A DNA stretch of 64,000 nucleotides from Octopus sinensis (GCF_006345805.1 NC_043013.1:6510001-6574000), one strand, 5' to 3'; positions 24,327-38,622 are shown, counted from the first letter of the stretch. Notes: generated from the letters alone by a model not told the origin. Translations and numbers: made by a program.

Positions 24327-25296
24327 TGTAGCAATATCGTCTCTCAGTGCTATCTTCACTGTTTGAGAAGAGTATATAGAATGACCTCGGTCGAGATTAC
24401 AAACAGCTTTGGCTAGTTCAACATTGATGTAAACACTAATTCGATTGGCTGACACGTTGGTCTCTACTACGCTCGCACCGCTGGTTATAACTTGGCGCAA
24501 AATGTCTCGACTTATTTTCGCGCCATAGTTCCAAGCAGCCAATCACAGCTTTCCATTTCGGAAGTTCATTGGGAGCCATGTAAAGCCTATAAATAAGGTT
24601 TCTCAGAAGAATATTCGTCTTAGGTTTCCAGTCCTTCTCAGGGCGAACCTCTGACCACACAGAGCTCGTCTTAGGTTTTTAGTTCTTTTCAGAGCTAAAC
24701 CTCTGACCACACAGCTCGTCTTAGGCTTTTAGTTCTTTTAAGAGCTAAGTCTCTGACCACACAGAGATACTCGATCAAGTTCCAGTTTCGAGGCAGGCGA
24801 CTACCATTAATACAAGATGTTACAGATACCTCTCATACTGTTAGTGTGAAAAATCACCATGAAGAAAACGGTTACAAGATATCTGTAACTAGAGAAAAAT
24901 AACCAAGCAGAAAATAATGAAGAAGCAGCAAGAACCAATCGACAAACATCGAAGATTTAAATTGTACACGAGACAACTACAGATTCAACTATAGCGGTTA
25001 GGTGAAATTCTCACCATGAAGAAAACGGTTACAGGATATCTATAACTAGAGAAAAATAACAAGCAGAACATATGATGAAGAAGCAGCAAGAACCAATCGA
25101 AAAACATCGAAGATTTAAATTGTACACGAGACAACTACAGATTCAACTATAGCGGTTAGGTGAAATTCTCGCCACGAAGAAAACGGCTACAGAAACATGT
25201 CTGGAAGTATATTCATATCAAGAGAAAGATAAACACAACGAGTGATTCAATTAATCTCAACTGCGACATGCAATATCTTGATATGGAACTCTTACA
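24327..25296 (+). mobile_element. Probable solo LTR
   Basis: TGTA...TACA ends, two CCAAT boxes (gattggctg, cagccaatc), TATAAATA at 24588, 3x50-bp and about 2.2x157-bp internal tandem repeats; no clear TSD. Confidence 0.45.
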
Positions 25297-25687
25297 GTGT
25301 ACCTCATAAACGGTAAATCAATTATCTGTTTCTTGGGTTCTAGTTTCTTCTAAGAACTACCTTAAGCCATCTGTTATTACCTGTTGCCAAGCCGATACCA
25401 ACAACATTAACTGTGAATCAAATCCCATCGTCAATTCACTGGTCAGTACCTTTTTACGCCTAACGAACACACAGACACAAAAACATGCGAACACTTACAA
25501 ACTTCCAACATCAAACATGATTGTAAAATATGTAAAATAAATAATGTATATATCTTAAAAAGAAATCTTGTTGTCATTCCAAACTTATGTGTATTGCCGC
25601 TGCATGTAAAATATAGTCAGTAAAATAAATTATTAAGAATGGGATCGCGTGCGACTGTTACTTATACGGTACGACCAAGCGAGATAA

Positions 25688-25725
<38 letters not shown>

Positions 25726-26571
25726 CGTGATCACCGTGACCCACTAGGCTACCAGATGTTGCTACACATCGCTGGTCACAATGCGCTTCGCATTGTTTTA
25801 GCCTTCAAATGACGCCACCCCGGTGGCTAAGTGAGCAAGCCAACAGAAGAAAGAGTGAGAGAAAGTTGTGGCGAAAGCGTACAGCAGGGATCGTCACCCC
25901 TGCCCATGCCGGAGCCTCGTGGAGCTTTAGGTGTTTTCGCTCAATAAACCCTCACAACGCCCGGCCTGGGAATCGAAACTGCGATCGTACAACCGCGAGT
26001 CCGCTGCGCTAACCACTGGGCCATTGCACCTCCACACACATACACACACACATTTATATTGTACATTTACGTCTACTCCATCCAATGTGTCCCCTTTTAA
26101 CTTTTCTTTAAAAAAAAAAACAGCAGCAAAACACCACAAACAAGCCCAGAGTAGGTTGTTATTTGAAGGAGGGGGAGTTGGCTGTTATTTCTTGCAAATG
26201 ATCTAGCAATAAAAAACATGAAAAATGTTAAAAAAACCCTTCTTCTTATTTCTCCTTTTTGTTTCCTTCTATAAGTGCAGGCGACTCATTCAGCAGAATT
26301 AGGTTGAAAAACATAAATGAATAAATAATATATATTAAAAGTACGCAGAAAGATCTCCCCTTTCTAAAGAACGTATCAAAACAACACAGCGTCCACCTTT
26401 GGTAAACAGTAAACTTAAATACAATATAATCGCTTATAACATTTATAAAAAACGTTATTGTTTAGAAGTGAGAATAACCGACGTTCCTTAACGTCTTTAC
26501 GCACACACATTGTGCGTGTTTCTACCCATACCTGATTCTATTTGAATATTCATTGTCAGAAAAATTTTCGG

Positions 26572-26967
26572 ATCTTTTCGGCTTGAACGGCAGTTTTTTC
26601 TAGCGGTGTCATATGAAATTGTTACCCATAATTATGACCCTAGAATCAATCTCTTTTTGGGTTAGGGTTAGGGGTAGGGAAGGGTATCGTTTTTTTTCAC
26701 AAATGTAAATAAATCCAATCTGTTTCTTAAATGAGGGACATATTCATACGGCACAGAATGCTTTTTAACTCAATAGACGTCACTGATTGGTTGAAATTGC
26801 AGAAATTGAAGAAAAAAAAACAACAAATATCTTACAAACCATAGAGTTTTCTCAATAAAGCCAAGAGAAAAAGATGTTTTATAAACACATTCTACAAGTA
26901 TACGAAGTTTAAAATCTTTTAGTTACCTAGAAATTATGTTAAAAACTGCCGTTCAAACCGAAAAGAT
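26572..26967. mobile_element. MITE with about 27-bp TIRs
   Basis: atcttttcggcttgaacggcagttttt ... aaaaactgccgttcaaaccgaaaagat. Confidence 0.75.
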
Positions 26968-27489
26968 TCAAATTTTCAGCCATTGCTTTCTATTTACATG
27001 TATACGTGTCTATTTTAAAAATAATTATATATATATCGAAATTGCGAGGATGATCCTGTTCTTGACTGATGATTAGAGGCTTCGAATGACCCGTCCGTTT
27101 TTTTGTGTCGTCTATTTGAATTTTTTGCGTTCTTGTCCCATTTTGTATTTTTATATATATTTTATATATAACGCAAAACATTCAAATAGACGACTCAAAA
27201 AAACGGACGGGTCATTCGAAGCCTCTAATCATCAGTCAAGAACCGGATGATCCTCGCAATTTCGATATATATATAATTATTTTAAAAATAGACGTATACA
27301 TGTAAATAGAAAGCAATGGCTGAAAATTTGAATCTTTTCGGTTTGAACGGCAGTTTTTAACATATGCTCACCTGGATTCTTCTTATAACCACATTTTACT
27401 CCGCGGACTTGGTTGTCGGTAAAGGTTTTCAGAGTGTAAGTTCAAATAATTTGAGCGTCTCAAGTGATTGAGAATCTCTGAATCTCATC

Positions 27490-27571
<82 letters not shown>

Positions 27572-28312
27572 TAATAAATGCTGGGGTTGTGTTGACCGCA
27601 CGTGGAGGAATGATAGGCGAGGAAAAATATAAAAAGGCAGAATGATAAATTGAAGGTAAATTTTAATAAAAGTGGGTGTATGGAAAATTAAAAAAAAATT
27701 TTTAATCCACAGAGTTGTCTCTCCTTACCCACAAAAACCTGGATAACTCCTACCCCCATTTCCTGTTTTGACATTCATTCAACAAACATCCTAAATTAAA
27801 CACCACGTTTAATCCCATGGATCTTAATCCTCCAAAGAAATTTTTCCAAGGACTGTCATTGAACTCAAGATACATAAAGACTTTACAATGTTTGGGTATA
27901 CCTATTTTTTAATTTTTGCATATGTTTATTATTATTGGTTGTATACTGTCAATTTAACGTGACAGTAGGGGATTACACCACCACTGTTTAGCCCTAGCAA
28001 GCATCGACGCTTCCTGATGGCTTCGACACATTTTTTCATGTGTCCTTATATATTTACGAAGGGGAGACAAACACCCCCAGCAGCCAGGCCTGCATCTAGA
28101 GACACGCATTTTTCAGGATCTCTTCCCATCATCGGTCTAGAGTAGCAGAAGCCCGCCAGCCGCAGATATGTCTTGATTTCGTAAATATATATGAGATATT
28201 TAGAAATTTAATATTTCTGATTTTGGTAATCAGTGAATAAACTTCACTGAAAATTAGATATATATATTTACGAAATCGAGACAGATATCTGCGGCTGGCG
28301 GGCTTCTGCTAC

Positions 28313-28359
28313 TCTAGACCGATGATGGGCAAAGACCCTGAAACATGCGTGTCTCTAGA
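28313..28359 (+). ncRNA. Minimal type I hammerhead motif (U4C core variant), mirrored on the minus strand in the left arm of the palindrome
   Basis: tctaga CCGATGA tggg caaaga ccct GAAA c atgcgt GTC tctaga. Confidence 0.55.
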
Positions 28360-28798
28360 TGCATGCCTGGCTGCTGGGGGTGTTTGTCTCCGCTTCGTAA
28401 ATATATAAGGACACAGGAAAAAATGTGTCGAAGCCATCAGGAAGCGTCGATGCTTGCTAGGGCTAAACGGCGGTGGTGTAATTCCCTACTGTCACGTTAA
28501 ATTGACAGTATACAACCATTCTATCGCCCCACCACCGTACATATCTCTATGAGATATTTAGAAATTTAATATTTCTGATTTATTATTATTTTTTTGCAAA
28601 AAACAATGTAAATTTCTTTTTTCCCCCTCCTCAATTTTAAAATAATTTTCTTTTCGCCTTTCAATTCTTTAAAATTTGCATTGCGATGAAAACCGGTTAG
28701 AGTTAATATTAAAAAAATTTTTTTTAATTTTCCATACACCCACTTTTATTAAAATTTACCTTCAATTTAGCATTCTGCCTTTTTATAATTTTTCCTCG

Positions 28799-28839
<41 letters not shown>

Positions 28840-29061
28840 TTATTTTATTCGTCCTTTTAAAGCCTAGCCAGGCTCATGGGCCCGGTTTCCTGGTTTCTAT
28901 AGCGTATGTGTTCCCCAGCTGGACGGGACGTCAGTCCATCGCAGCGTTACTCATTTTTGCCAGCTGAGTGGACTGGAGCAACGTGAAATGAAATGTTTTG
29001 CTCAAGAACACACCGCGTCACCCGGTCCAGGAATCGAAACCACAATCTTACGATCATGATG

Positions 29062-32000
29062 TCGTTCAGAAGAGATATTGTTTGTTACATGTTGTTACAC
29101 TGCAGCTGTCTGGGTTATTCAGTAACGCAGTCGAAACATGAAGAGAGCTAAGAATGTTGGTCTTGTTTCTTGGAATGTGCACACTCTCCAAGACAATCAC
29201 TCAGCACCAGAACGAAAAACAGCACTGGTTGCACTTGAACTAAAGAAATGCAACATTGACATAGCTGCACTCAGTGAAACTCGCCTGGTAGGATCATCAC
29301 AGTTTGAAGAAAGTAAGAGCAATACATATTTTTCTGGTCTGGAAGAAATGAGGACGAACCGCGCCACTCTGGTGTTGGTTTTGCCATCAAGGCAGGAAAA
29401 GCTAGATCCTTTCTTTCTCTACCCAAAGGTATTTCTGATCGTATCATGAGACTAACGTTGGAACTTGATCATAACACTTGTGTTACGCTTGTCAGTTGCC
29501 ATGCTCCAACCATGACCAGTACTGAGTAGAAAAAGGATGAATTTCACAACCAACTCCGCGAGGTCATCTCCAGTTGTCACCATAGGGATAAACTTATCCT
29601 TACGACTACTTCATCGCTCATTTTGGTACTGACTATTAGGCATGCGTATTCTTGGTCGAATGAACTCCAACGGCCTGCGTGTGCTCTCCATCTGCAGGGA
29701 ATTCGGTCTAAGCATTACAAATAGCTTTTTTCAACAGCGAAATTGCTGCAAAACGACCTGGATGCATCCTAGATCTAAGGATTGGATTCTCATAGACGCT
29801 AGATATTAGAAACTTTAACATTACACGCTCCTTTCATAACACCTGCTATCTCTCTGACCATTCTCTTCTCCGTAGTAAGGCTGCGTTCCATCTGAAGCAC
29901 ACAAGACTACAAAAGTCATCTGTGCCTAAGCGCATTAATGCTCTGCCCTTGAAAAGCAGACTGAGCTCTCGATCAAGTTGGACAGTACACTCAACACTGT
30001 GGATATCAGTGGTGACATAGAATCATATTGGAAGCCTCTGCGTGATGCAACGCACTCTGCATCTGTAGACTTGTTCGTAAACGTCAAAATTGGTTCAGTG
30101 ATAACAACGCAGATGTCCAATAGTTGATAGATAAAATGCATAGCTCTCACAAAACATGGATAACAGATAAGAGCTCATCCAGATAAGAGAATGCTTATAA
30201 GAAATGCAGAGGCCAGGTTCAACGTGCTCCGAGACAGATGAAGGAGGCTTGGTGGTCTTCCAAGGCTACTGAACTCCAAAAAGCTGCAGACAGAAAGGAT
30301 TCTAAAGCCTTTTATGATGGCCCCAAGAAAGTGTATGGTCCTCAAGAGCACAGTGTTACTCCTATTTTTTCATCCAATAGAGAGACACTCTGCTAAATGA
30401 CAAATGATGGAAAGACCATTTCGAAGCCGAACTGAACGCCATCTCAATCACTAACGATGACGCCATAATATCTATTCTACAGCATTCTGAAATACCGGAA
30501 TTATCTCTGGAGCCAACCTTCCTGGAAGCGGTAAACTCTGTTTTAAACAGATCTCTTCTGGTAAAGCACGTGGCAGGGATGCTGTCCCTTCTAAAATATA
30601 GAAATATGGTGGACAGAAGCTTTTCGAGGAATTGCATATCCTCTTCATAACTATTTTGGATGGCAGGCCATGTACCACAGGACTTCAAGGATGCTTCAAT
30701 TCAATATCTTTATAAGAACAAAGGAAACAGAAACGCTTGTGATGATCATCGTTGGATATCGTCTATCGCTGGTAAGATTCTTGCTCGATTCAATCTTGAC
30801 AGAATCATCAACACGTTGTAAACGATATCTATCTAGGATCACAGTACGGATTTCGCTCTGGTCGTGACACTGTCGACATGATCTTTTCCCTTCGTCAGGT
30901 CATGGAGAAGGTACATGAGAAAAATCAAGAGTTGCTCATGGCATTCGTTGACCTTACTACGGCCTTCGACACTGTTAACTGGCAAGCACTTTGGAAAGTT
31001 TTGAAAAAGCTTGGTATAACTGACGAGATGTTGAATGTTATTATCTCGTTTCATGAGGGAATGAAGGCTGATGATGTGTCTAGTGGGGGAATCTTGGGCT
31101 TCCTTCGATGTTACAAACAGCACAAAGCAAGGTTCTGCCATGGTCCCTGTTTTGATTGCTCTCTTCTTTTCAGTGATACTGAGGTATGCTTTTGGTGACC
31201 TACAAAGTGCTGGACTCTTCAATCATCAGCGTTTCAAAGCCAGAACACTGCTACGCACCAATATCATTCATGGTTTAGTTTTTACAGATGATGCTACACT
31301 AGTAGCGACCTCCTTAGAGGAAGCTCAGGAACTTCTAGACCAGTTTTCTGCTGCATGTAAAGCTTTTGGTTTGACTATCAGCATAAAGAAGGCAGAAGTA
31401 ATCCACCAAACTTGTCCTGCTCCTAAGCAAATTCGAGGGGTCATGCAGAGGCCACCGGTTCACAATTTTCCTGACACTCCTATACAGGATGATGGGAAAA
31501 ACTTAAATTATGCAAAGTCATTTACATATCTTGTTAGTAAAGTGAATTCGAGCGCTTCCCTTGGTAATGAAATCGTCAACCGTCTTGCAAAGGCAACCAA
31601 CGCATTTGGCAAACTCCATCATCGCCTATGGAATAAAAAGGACATTAAACCTGACACAAAGTACAGGTCTATAAAGCTGCCATTCTTACTACTCTCTTGT
31701 ATGACTCAGAATCGTGGATACCCTATAGACGACACATTAACCAACTAGACATCTTCCACAAAGGCTGTCTTAAGACAATCTGCAGTTATTCACTAAAAGC
31801 CAGACTTTATAATGATGACCTGTTTAGCAAGTGTAAGATTGGTGGAATCGAGAGCTCCCTTATGTAGTCGCAATTGCACTGGGTTGGCCATGTCGTCAGA
31901 ATGAGTAACAAAAGAATGCTCAAAGTCCTCATATACTGTCAGCTTGATAGTATGCACAGGAATGTTGGTCGACCATGGCTCAGATATAAGGACAAACTGA

Positions 32001-32328
32001 AGAGTAACCTCTTATAAATGAAGATAGCTCACAACACCTTAGAGCGAACAGCATTGGAGCGAACAAGATGGAGATTGTTGTGTCAAAAGGGTATTAGAAA
32101 CTTTGTTGCAACCAGCATTAACAGGCCTCGGGGTGTAAGGCAAAGGAGAAAAACAGGTGCAATTTTACCACCTGCACTGACCTGTAATCCTCATACTTGC
32201 AACACTTGTGACCTTCTTTGCAAATCGTTGGCGGGACTCAAATGTCACATTCGACATAAACATTACGACTGACAAAGAAAATGTAGGTTGTCGGATCCTC
32301 ATACAGCGAAACTGACGGGAGAGTCTAT
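29062..32328 (+). mobile_element. Near full-length, heavily degenerate RTE-clade LINE (APE + RT + C2H2)
   Basis: VSWNVHTL..ERKTALVALELKKCNIDIAALSETRL, DMIFSLRQVMEK, AFVDLTTAFDTVN, KQGSAMVP, FTDDATL, CNTCDLLCKSLAGLKCHIRHKH; many stops and frameshifts. Confidence 0.93.
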
Positions 32329-32339
32329 CATATATATAT

Positions 32340-33790
32340 AAATATATATCCCTCCACCCTTATAGAGTATGGAATAAAACGCGCCAAAGAACTAGACAAC
32401 ACTACACTGAAAACCACCCAACCTAACACCACACACAACCTCAAAATACTTCCATACATTTCCACCCACAACCCCAAAAATATCGAAGCATACACCACAA
32501 TCATACAAAACCTCAGTCTACTGTCAACAGACCCAAAAATGAAAAACATTATAAATACACACAAAATCCTCAAATGCAAAAGGCAACACAAATCTTAAAA
32601 AAAACTCTTGACAAATGCCAAACTTCACACACCACATCCACCCCCAACAGTAAAAAAATGTGCACGCTCAAACTGTGGTACCTGCCCCTTTCTACTTGAA
32701 GGCTCTGAATTTACCTCCAAACAAGGTACGAAGTTTAAAATCAAGACTAACTTCTCCTGTTCCTCCGAGAACCTTATCTACGTTCTCACATGCGCTGGTT
32801 GCCAACATAATTATGTTGGACAAACGAGTCTCCCGTTACGTAAACGAGTAACGGTGCATAAAGAACAAATAAATCTCCCGGAATACCGACAAATTCCACT
32901 GAGTGACCACTTAGACTCATGTGCTAAAGACTTAACCCCAATTCTATATATTCCCCTTCTACCAATGTAAAGACGGGATCACCACACAGGAGAGAATTAA
33001 CAAGGAGAATCTCTTTATTGAAAAATTCCAAACACAACTTAATATGCAAACTCCTCGTTGATCAAACTTCCTTTCTCTACCTCACTCTTCATGGATGGAC
33101 TAACACAAATATATAAAGATACCCTGCATTCATCACTTCAAGCTAAAACTTATATTCTTTAAATATCATTTTTACTATTGTTGTTATTACTATCATTTTT
33201 ATTATAAATGATATGACAATTTGAAATGCAATTGTCTATGCAGATTTATATAATTAGAAAATAATATAAATAAAGTGTTAAAATCTGAAAGTTAAGTTAA
33301 CAAGCAATTATATATAAAAAAGATAACGCAAATGAAGCTAAAATGATAATTTTATAATTTGGGTTTTATTGAAGAACTCAAAAGAGTTGTCTCCCCTTAC
33401 TCACAACACAGGAACTGAAGAACCACAATTACTACTACTTCCTGTCCTGCAAACATGCTGAATTAAACAACACAATACATGCTCTTAATCCCTTTGGATC
33501 TTAACACCTCAAGGTAATTTTTTCGTGAACAATCATAAAACTCAAGATACACAACGAACTCACAATGTATCGGAGTACTTATTTTTTAATTTTTGTACAT
33601 TTTTATCATTATTCTTTTACAAAAAACAATGCAATTTTCTTTTTTCCCCTTTCTAATTTTTAAAAAAACTTTTTAAAACATAAATATTCTTGACAAGTCA
33701 TACAATGACGAAAACCGGTTGAATAAATATATATTTATATATTTTATCAATTTCTCATTTTATTAAAATTTTCTTTCATTTGAGCATTCT
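32340..33790 (+). mobile_element. Penelope-like element 3' part (GIY-YIG endonuclease plus AT-rich pseudo-LTR)
   Basis: CARSNCGTCPF, NLIYVLTCAGCQHNYVGQT, RVTVHKEQI; degenerate hammerhead at 33685-33725. Confidence 0.88.
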
Positions 33791-33879
33791 GCATTTAAAA
33801 AAAATTTTTTCCTTACTATATATATATATATATATATATATACTCACATATTTACCAAAATTACACAAAAATATCTTGA

Positions 33880-34480
33880 AGTACTAAAGTATAAATTTAT
33901 TCTATAAAATCGCCATTGGCTTCAACCATGGCCGCTAGGCGTCATCGGAATCTCCTGCAATTCTTCTGCTGCCATAACCCTTGCCTTCAGTTCACCCTTG
34001 GTATTACAAGGAGTTTTGTTGGTCTCTCGCTCAGCTGCGCCCCACTCATAATCAAGGGGGTTGCAGCCTGGGGAGTTAGGTGGCCTGATGTTAGGGGTGA
34101 TGTGATTGCAGAAATTGCCTGACAGCCTTGACTGGGTTTTTCTAGTTGCGTGGCATGGTGTAGAGTCCTATTGCCAGACATAGGGTGTTCCAGCAGCCAC
34201 TTTCTTGACCCAGGACATCACTACCTCCCCCAGGCACTTGATGTAGGCCACTGTGTACTGTGCTCTGCTGTTTCAAGTTTCTTGATATGGGTTGATCCCA
34301 CCCAGACAGGGCAAACATTCTATGTGAAGGAATAGCACTAGGCCAGAGCAGTAGATCTTAAAATGTGAGAACTGTGGTTCTCCTTACATAAGATCTTGTT
34401 TCGGGAACAATCTTTCAATCTGTTGTTCTTGACGTTCATCTTGCAGGAGAGATTGTGACCCGAGGTTAGTCCAAGGTAGA
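33880..34480 (-). mobile_element. Degenerate Tc1/mariner transposase of maT/Bmmar1 type
   Basis: Minus-strand translation YVWQ*DSTPCHATRKTQSRLSGNFCNHITPNIRPPNSPGCNPLDY..ERETNKTPCNTKGELKARVMAA. Confidence 0.8.
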
Positions 34481-35134
34481 CAGGGCTGACTGGACAGTGG
34501 CTGACTGGACCATTTGATGATAAGCGATCGTATAATCGTGAGAGGAACGAGCTGACTTCGATTCTTTGTTGGCATGTTGGTGGTCGCGCGTTCGCGTTCG
34601 CAAAAGAGCAGTTAACCTAGGGAGGAGGAGGAGGAGGAGGAGGAGGAGGAGAAGGAGAAGAAGAAGAAGAAGAAGAAGAAGAAGAAGAAGAAGAAGAAGA
34701 AGAAGAAGAAGAAGAAGAAGAAGAAGAAGAAGAAGAAGGAGAAGGAGAAGAAGAAATGCTTGAGTTTAATTTTTGACTAGTTTAAGTAAACAGGTGATGT
34801 TTGTCAGTGACAAACAGTCAACGAAAATTGTTAGTTGAAGTTAGCTAAATAGTATTAAAACCATAAAAGAAAACGCGTTAGGTTATATAAGCAATAAATA
34901 ATAACTGAAATCTGTTTATATAGTATTTAATGGAAACAAACACGAGATCATAATAAAGATAGTGACGCACGCTTAGACAACTACTTGTAAATACATGAAT
35001 AACACATTCGTACCATTCAATTCGCTTTTGTTTGTGCGGTTGTTGACAGGTACTTCTGCAAGAGAAACTGTCAGTCGAAAGTATGTTACACTTTTAAAAG
35101 CATAAACACAATCCAGGCCATATTCTTTTCTGCT

Positions 35135-35722
35135 CTTAAGCAAGGCCTGAAATTTTGGGGGAGGGGGTCTAGTCGATTAGATCGATCCCAGTATGCAACT
35201 GGTACTTAATTTATCGACCACGATAGGCAAAGTCGACATCGGCGGAATTTGAACTCAGAACGTAAAGACAGACGAAATACCGCTAAACATTTCATCCTGC
35301 GTGCTAACGTTTCTTATTTTTTTATTGCCCTCAAGGGGCTAAACATAGAAGGGACAAACAAGGACAGACAAAGGAGTTAAGTCGATTACATCGACCCCAG
35401 TTCGTAACTGGTACTTAATTTATCGACCCCGAAAGGATGAAAGGCAAAGTCGACCTCGGCGGAATTTGAACTCAGAACGTAACGGCAGACGAAATACCTA
35501 TTTCTTTACTACCCACAAGGAGCTAAACACAGAGGAGACAAACAAGGACAGACGCACGGATTAAATCGATTACATCGACCCCAGTGCGTTATTGGTACTT
35601 ATGTAATCGACCCCCAAAAAAACAACTTTTACGTGTGACGTAAACATACCAGACATACCGGTTGTCACGCGTGTTGGTTCAAAAATACAAAAACATATAT
35701 ACATACATACATACATACATAC

Positions 35723-35796
<74 letters not shown>

Positions 35797-36690
35797 CATG
35801 TTTTTGTACTTTTGAACCAACATGCGTGACAACCGTTATGTTTGGTATGTCTACGTCACACGTAAAAGTTGTTTTTCGATTTGTATTTGTTATATTGATT
35901 TTGAATTTTGGCACAAGGCCAGCAATTTCGGGGGAGGGTGTAAGTCGATTACATTGGTCCCAGTGTTTCGACTGGTATTTATTTTATCGACTCCGGAAGG
36001 ATGAGAGACAAAGTCCACCTCGGTGGAATTCGAACTCAGAACATAAAGACAAAGAGTGCAGCTAAGCATTTCGCCCACCGTGCTAACCACTCAGCCAGTT
36101 TACCGTCTTGTTTTTGGTTTTCTAATATGACTAACGTTGTAAGGCGGCGAGCTGGCAGAAACGTTAGCACGCCGGGCGAAATGCTTAGCGGTATTTCGTC
36201 TACATTACGTTGTGAGTTCAAATTCCGCCGAGGTCGACTTTGCCTTTCATCCTTTCGGGGTCGATAAATTAAGTACCAGTTACGCACTGGGGTCGATGTA
36301 ATCGACTTAATACCTATGTCTGTCCTTGTTTGTCCGCTCTGTGTTTAGCCCCTTGTGGGTAATAAAGAAATAGATATTTCATCTGCTGCTACGTTCTGAG
36401 TTCAAATTCCGCCGAGGTCGACTTTGCCTTTCATCCTTTCGAGGTCGATTAAATAAGTACCAGTTACGCACTGGGGTCGATGTAATCGATTTAATCCGTG
36501 CGTCTGTCCTTATTTGTCTCCTCTGTGTTTAGCCCCTTGTGGGTAGTAAAGAAATAGGTATTTCGTCTGCCGCTACGTTCTGAGTTCAAATTCCGCCGAG
36601 GTCGACTTTGCTTTTCATCCTTTCGGGGTCGATAAATTAAGTACCAGTTACGAACTGGGGTCGATGTAATCGACTTAACCCCTTTGTCTG
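35135..36690. mobile_element. Cluster of tandem and inverted SINE-tail repeats (agtcgattacatcgaccccagt...gaaaggcaaagtcgacctcggcggaatttgaactc family)
   Basis: Multiple copies of about 170-190 bp; the same family occurs at 1440-2120, 3050-3160, 13600-13730, 14100-14300 and 57755-58165. Confidence 0.85.
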
Positions 36691-36789
36691 TCCTATATAT
36701 ATAGGACATATATGTATGTATGTATTCACACACACACACAGATGATACGTGTAGCGACCAGACTATCAGATGTCGTTATACACAGCTAG

Positions 36790-37440
36790 CCACCATACAC
36801 TTCCATTCTTTTCCAACTTGGCCCAAACTGTTTTACTAAATCGTCTTTCCTTTCGTTACGAAGGCCTTCCGAGTGGCCATTTGTGACGTAGCCAATCGAT
36901 GTTCCTTCCTCTTTGTAGTAGCTGACATTTTACTTGTGAACAAGAGCGTAGGTAGGGACAATGCTGTCCAAGAAACTGGCACGTGGGTCTTGTCCCGCTT
37001 AGCGTTGAACACATCTTTTATCGAGATAAATGCCTTCCATCCTGCCCTTGCTCTCCTCAAGATTTCAGTGTCCATGTCTTAGCGCAAATTCACTATTTGT
37101 CCCAAGGGACCGTATTCTTTTACCTCCTGGATTTCAACGTTTCCCACCTCTATTCGGCCTTGTACCACCTCTTCGGATCGCATGTATTTCGTTTTCCGGC
37201 GACTCATTTTAAGACCTACGACAGAGCTATGGCGGTTCAGCTCTGTAAGTATGGTCTGCAGCTTATATGTAGTCCCGCTGGTGATTATTATGTCATCTGC
37301 GAATCGATGGTCTGTTAATAGCTCGCCGTTAATGTTCCTTTCCATATCGGCCAACTCTGATGAACGTGAGGTTATATAATCGGATTGTTCCCAAACACTC
37401 CATTGTATTCCTTGCACGAAACCAATTGGTAAGATCAGCT
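36790..37440 (-). mobile_element. RTE-type LINE RT fragment
   Basis: HRFADDIIITS, GLKMSRRKTKYM, EILRRARAGWKAF. Confidence 0.82.
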
Positions 37441-37469
37441 GTGATGGATATATAATACTATAATTTAGT

Positions 37470-37564
<95 letters not shown>

Positions 37565-37765
37565 TATATATTTATATGTATTAAATTAGAGATAAAACCA
37601 CTATTAGGCAAATCAAACAGTGAAAATCATAAGCCAATACATAGAAATAAAATTAATTAAAAAAATATAAAATATAAAATTCCAAATTAAAATATTTAAA
37701 TTAAAGTTAAAATTTTGAAAATTATTTAAATAATTTAAACTTATAAATTTTAAATATATATATAT

Positions 37766-38175
37766 TGTGTGGCTGTGTGGTAAGTAGCTTGCTAACCAAC
37801 CACATGGTTCCGGGTTCAGTCCCACTGCGTGGCATCTTGGGCAAGTGTCTTCTGCTATAGCCCCGGGCCGACCAATGCCTTGTGAGTGGATTTGGTAGAC
37901 GGAAACTGAAAGAAGCCTGTCGTATATATGTATATATATATAAGTGTGTGTATATATGTTTGTGTCTGTGTTTGTCCCCCCTAGCATTGCTTGACAACCG
38001 ATGCTGGTGTGTTTACGTCCCCGTCACTTAGCGGTTCGGCAAAAGAGACCGATAGAATAAGTACTGGGCTTACAAAGAATAAGTCCCGGGGTCGATTTGC
38101 TCGACTAAAGGCGGTGCTCCAGCATGGCCGCAGTCAAATGACTGAAACAAGTAAAAGAGTAAAAGAGTAAAAGAG
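37766..38175 (+). mobile_element. tRNA-derived SINE with internal (TA)n/(TG)n
   Basis: Head gtggctgtgtggtaagtagc...gggttcagtccc, core cttgggcaagtgtctt, tail (gtaaaaga)n; other copies at 24080-24250, 52886-53285, 54515-54890 and 61020-61245. Confidence 0.85.
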
Positions 38176-38622
38176 AATATATGAAAGAATGGAGTCGAAC
38201 GAAGATGTTAACAAAATTCCTTTACTCTCGACACATGTTTCGAAGACAGCATGTTTTCATTCCAAAGGAATAAAGGGTGCATTATGCAATCTTCTCATCA
38301 AGAAAGAAAGGGAGCCTCTCTCGACAACAAGACAAAAATTTCGATGATTACCTACATGGTAAACAAAGCGATAATGAGTGTTTTTTAAAAACATGCTGTC
38401 TTCGAAACATGTGTCGAGAGAAAAGGAATTTTGTTAACATCTTCGTTCGACTCCATTCTTTCATTTATTCATATACAACACAATATTTCTGCACATGAAC
38501 CCAGAGTTTTTACCCTTAACAGGTCGCTTCAACCGTGTTTCTGACGTGAATTTGCTACCCAGGTTTCGGTTAAACAAATTTTCCATGCTAACGATAAGCA
38601 TAGGATAATTCATTCACCTACT

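Noticed and set aside
24618-25190. 50-bp and 157-bp repeats as CRISPR-like arrays
   Set aside because: Contiguous tandem units without unique spacers, inside an LTR-like element in a eukaryote.
26658-26680. ttagggttaggggtaggg as an interstitial telomere
   Set aside because: Only about 3 imperfect units, inside a MITE.
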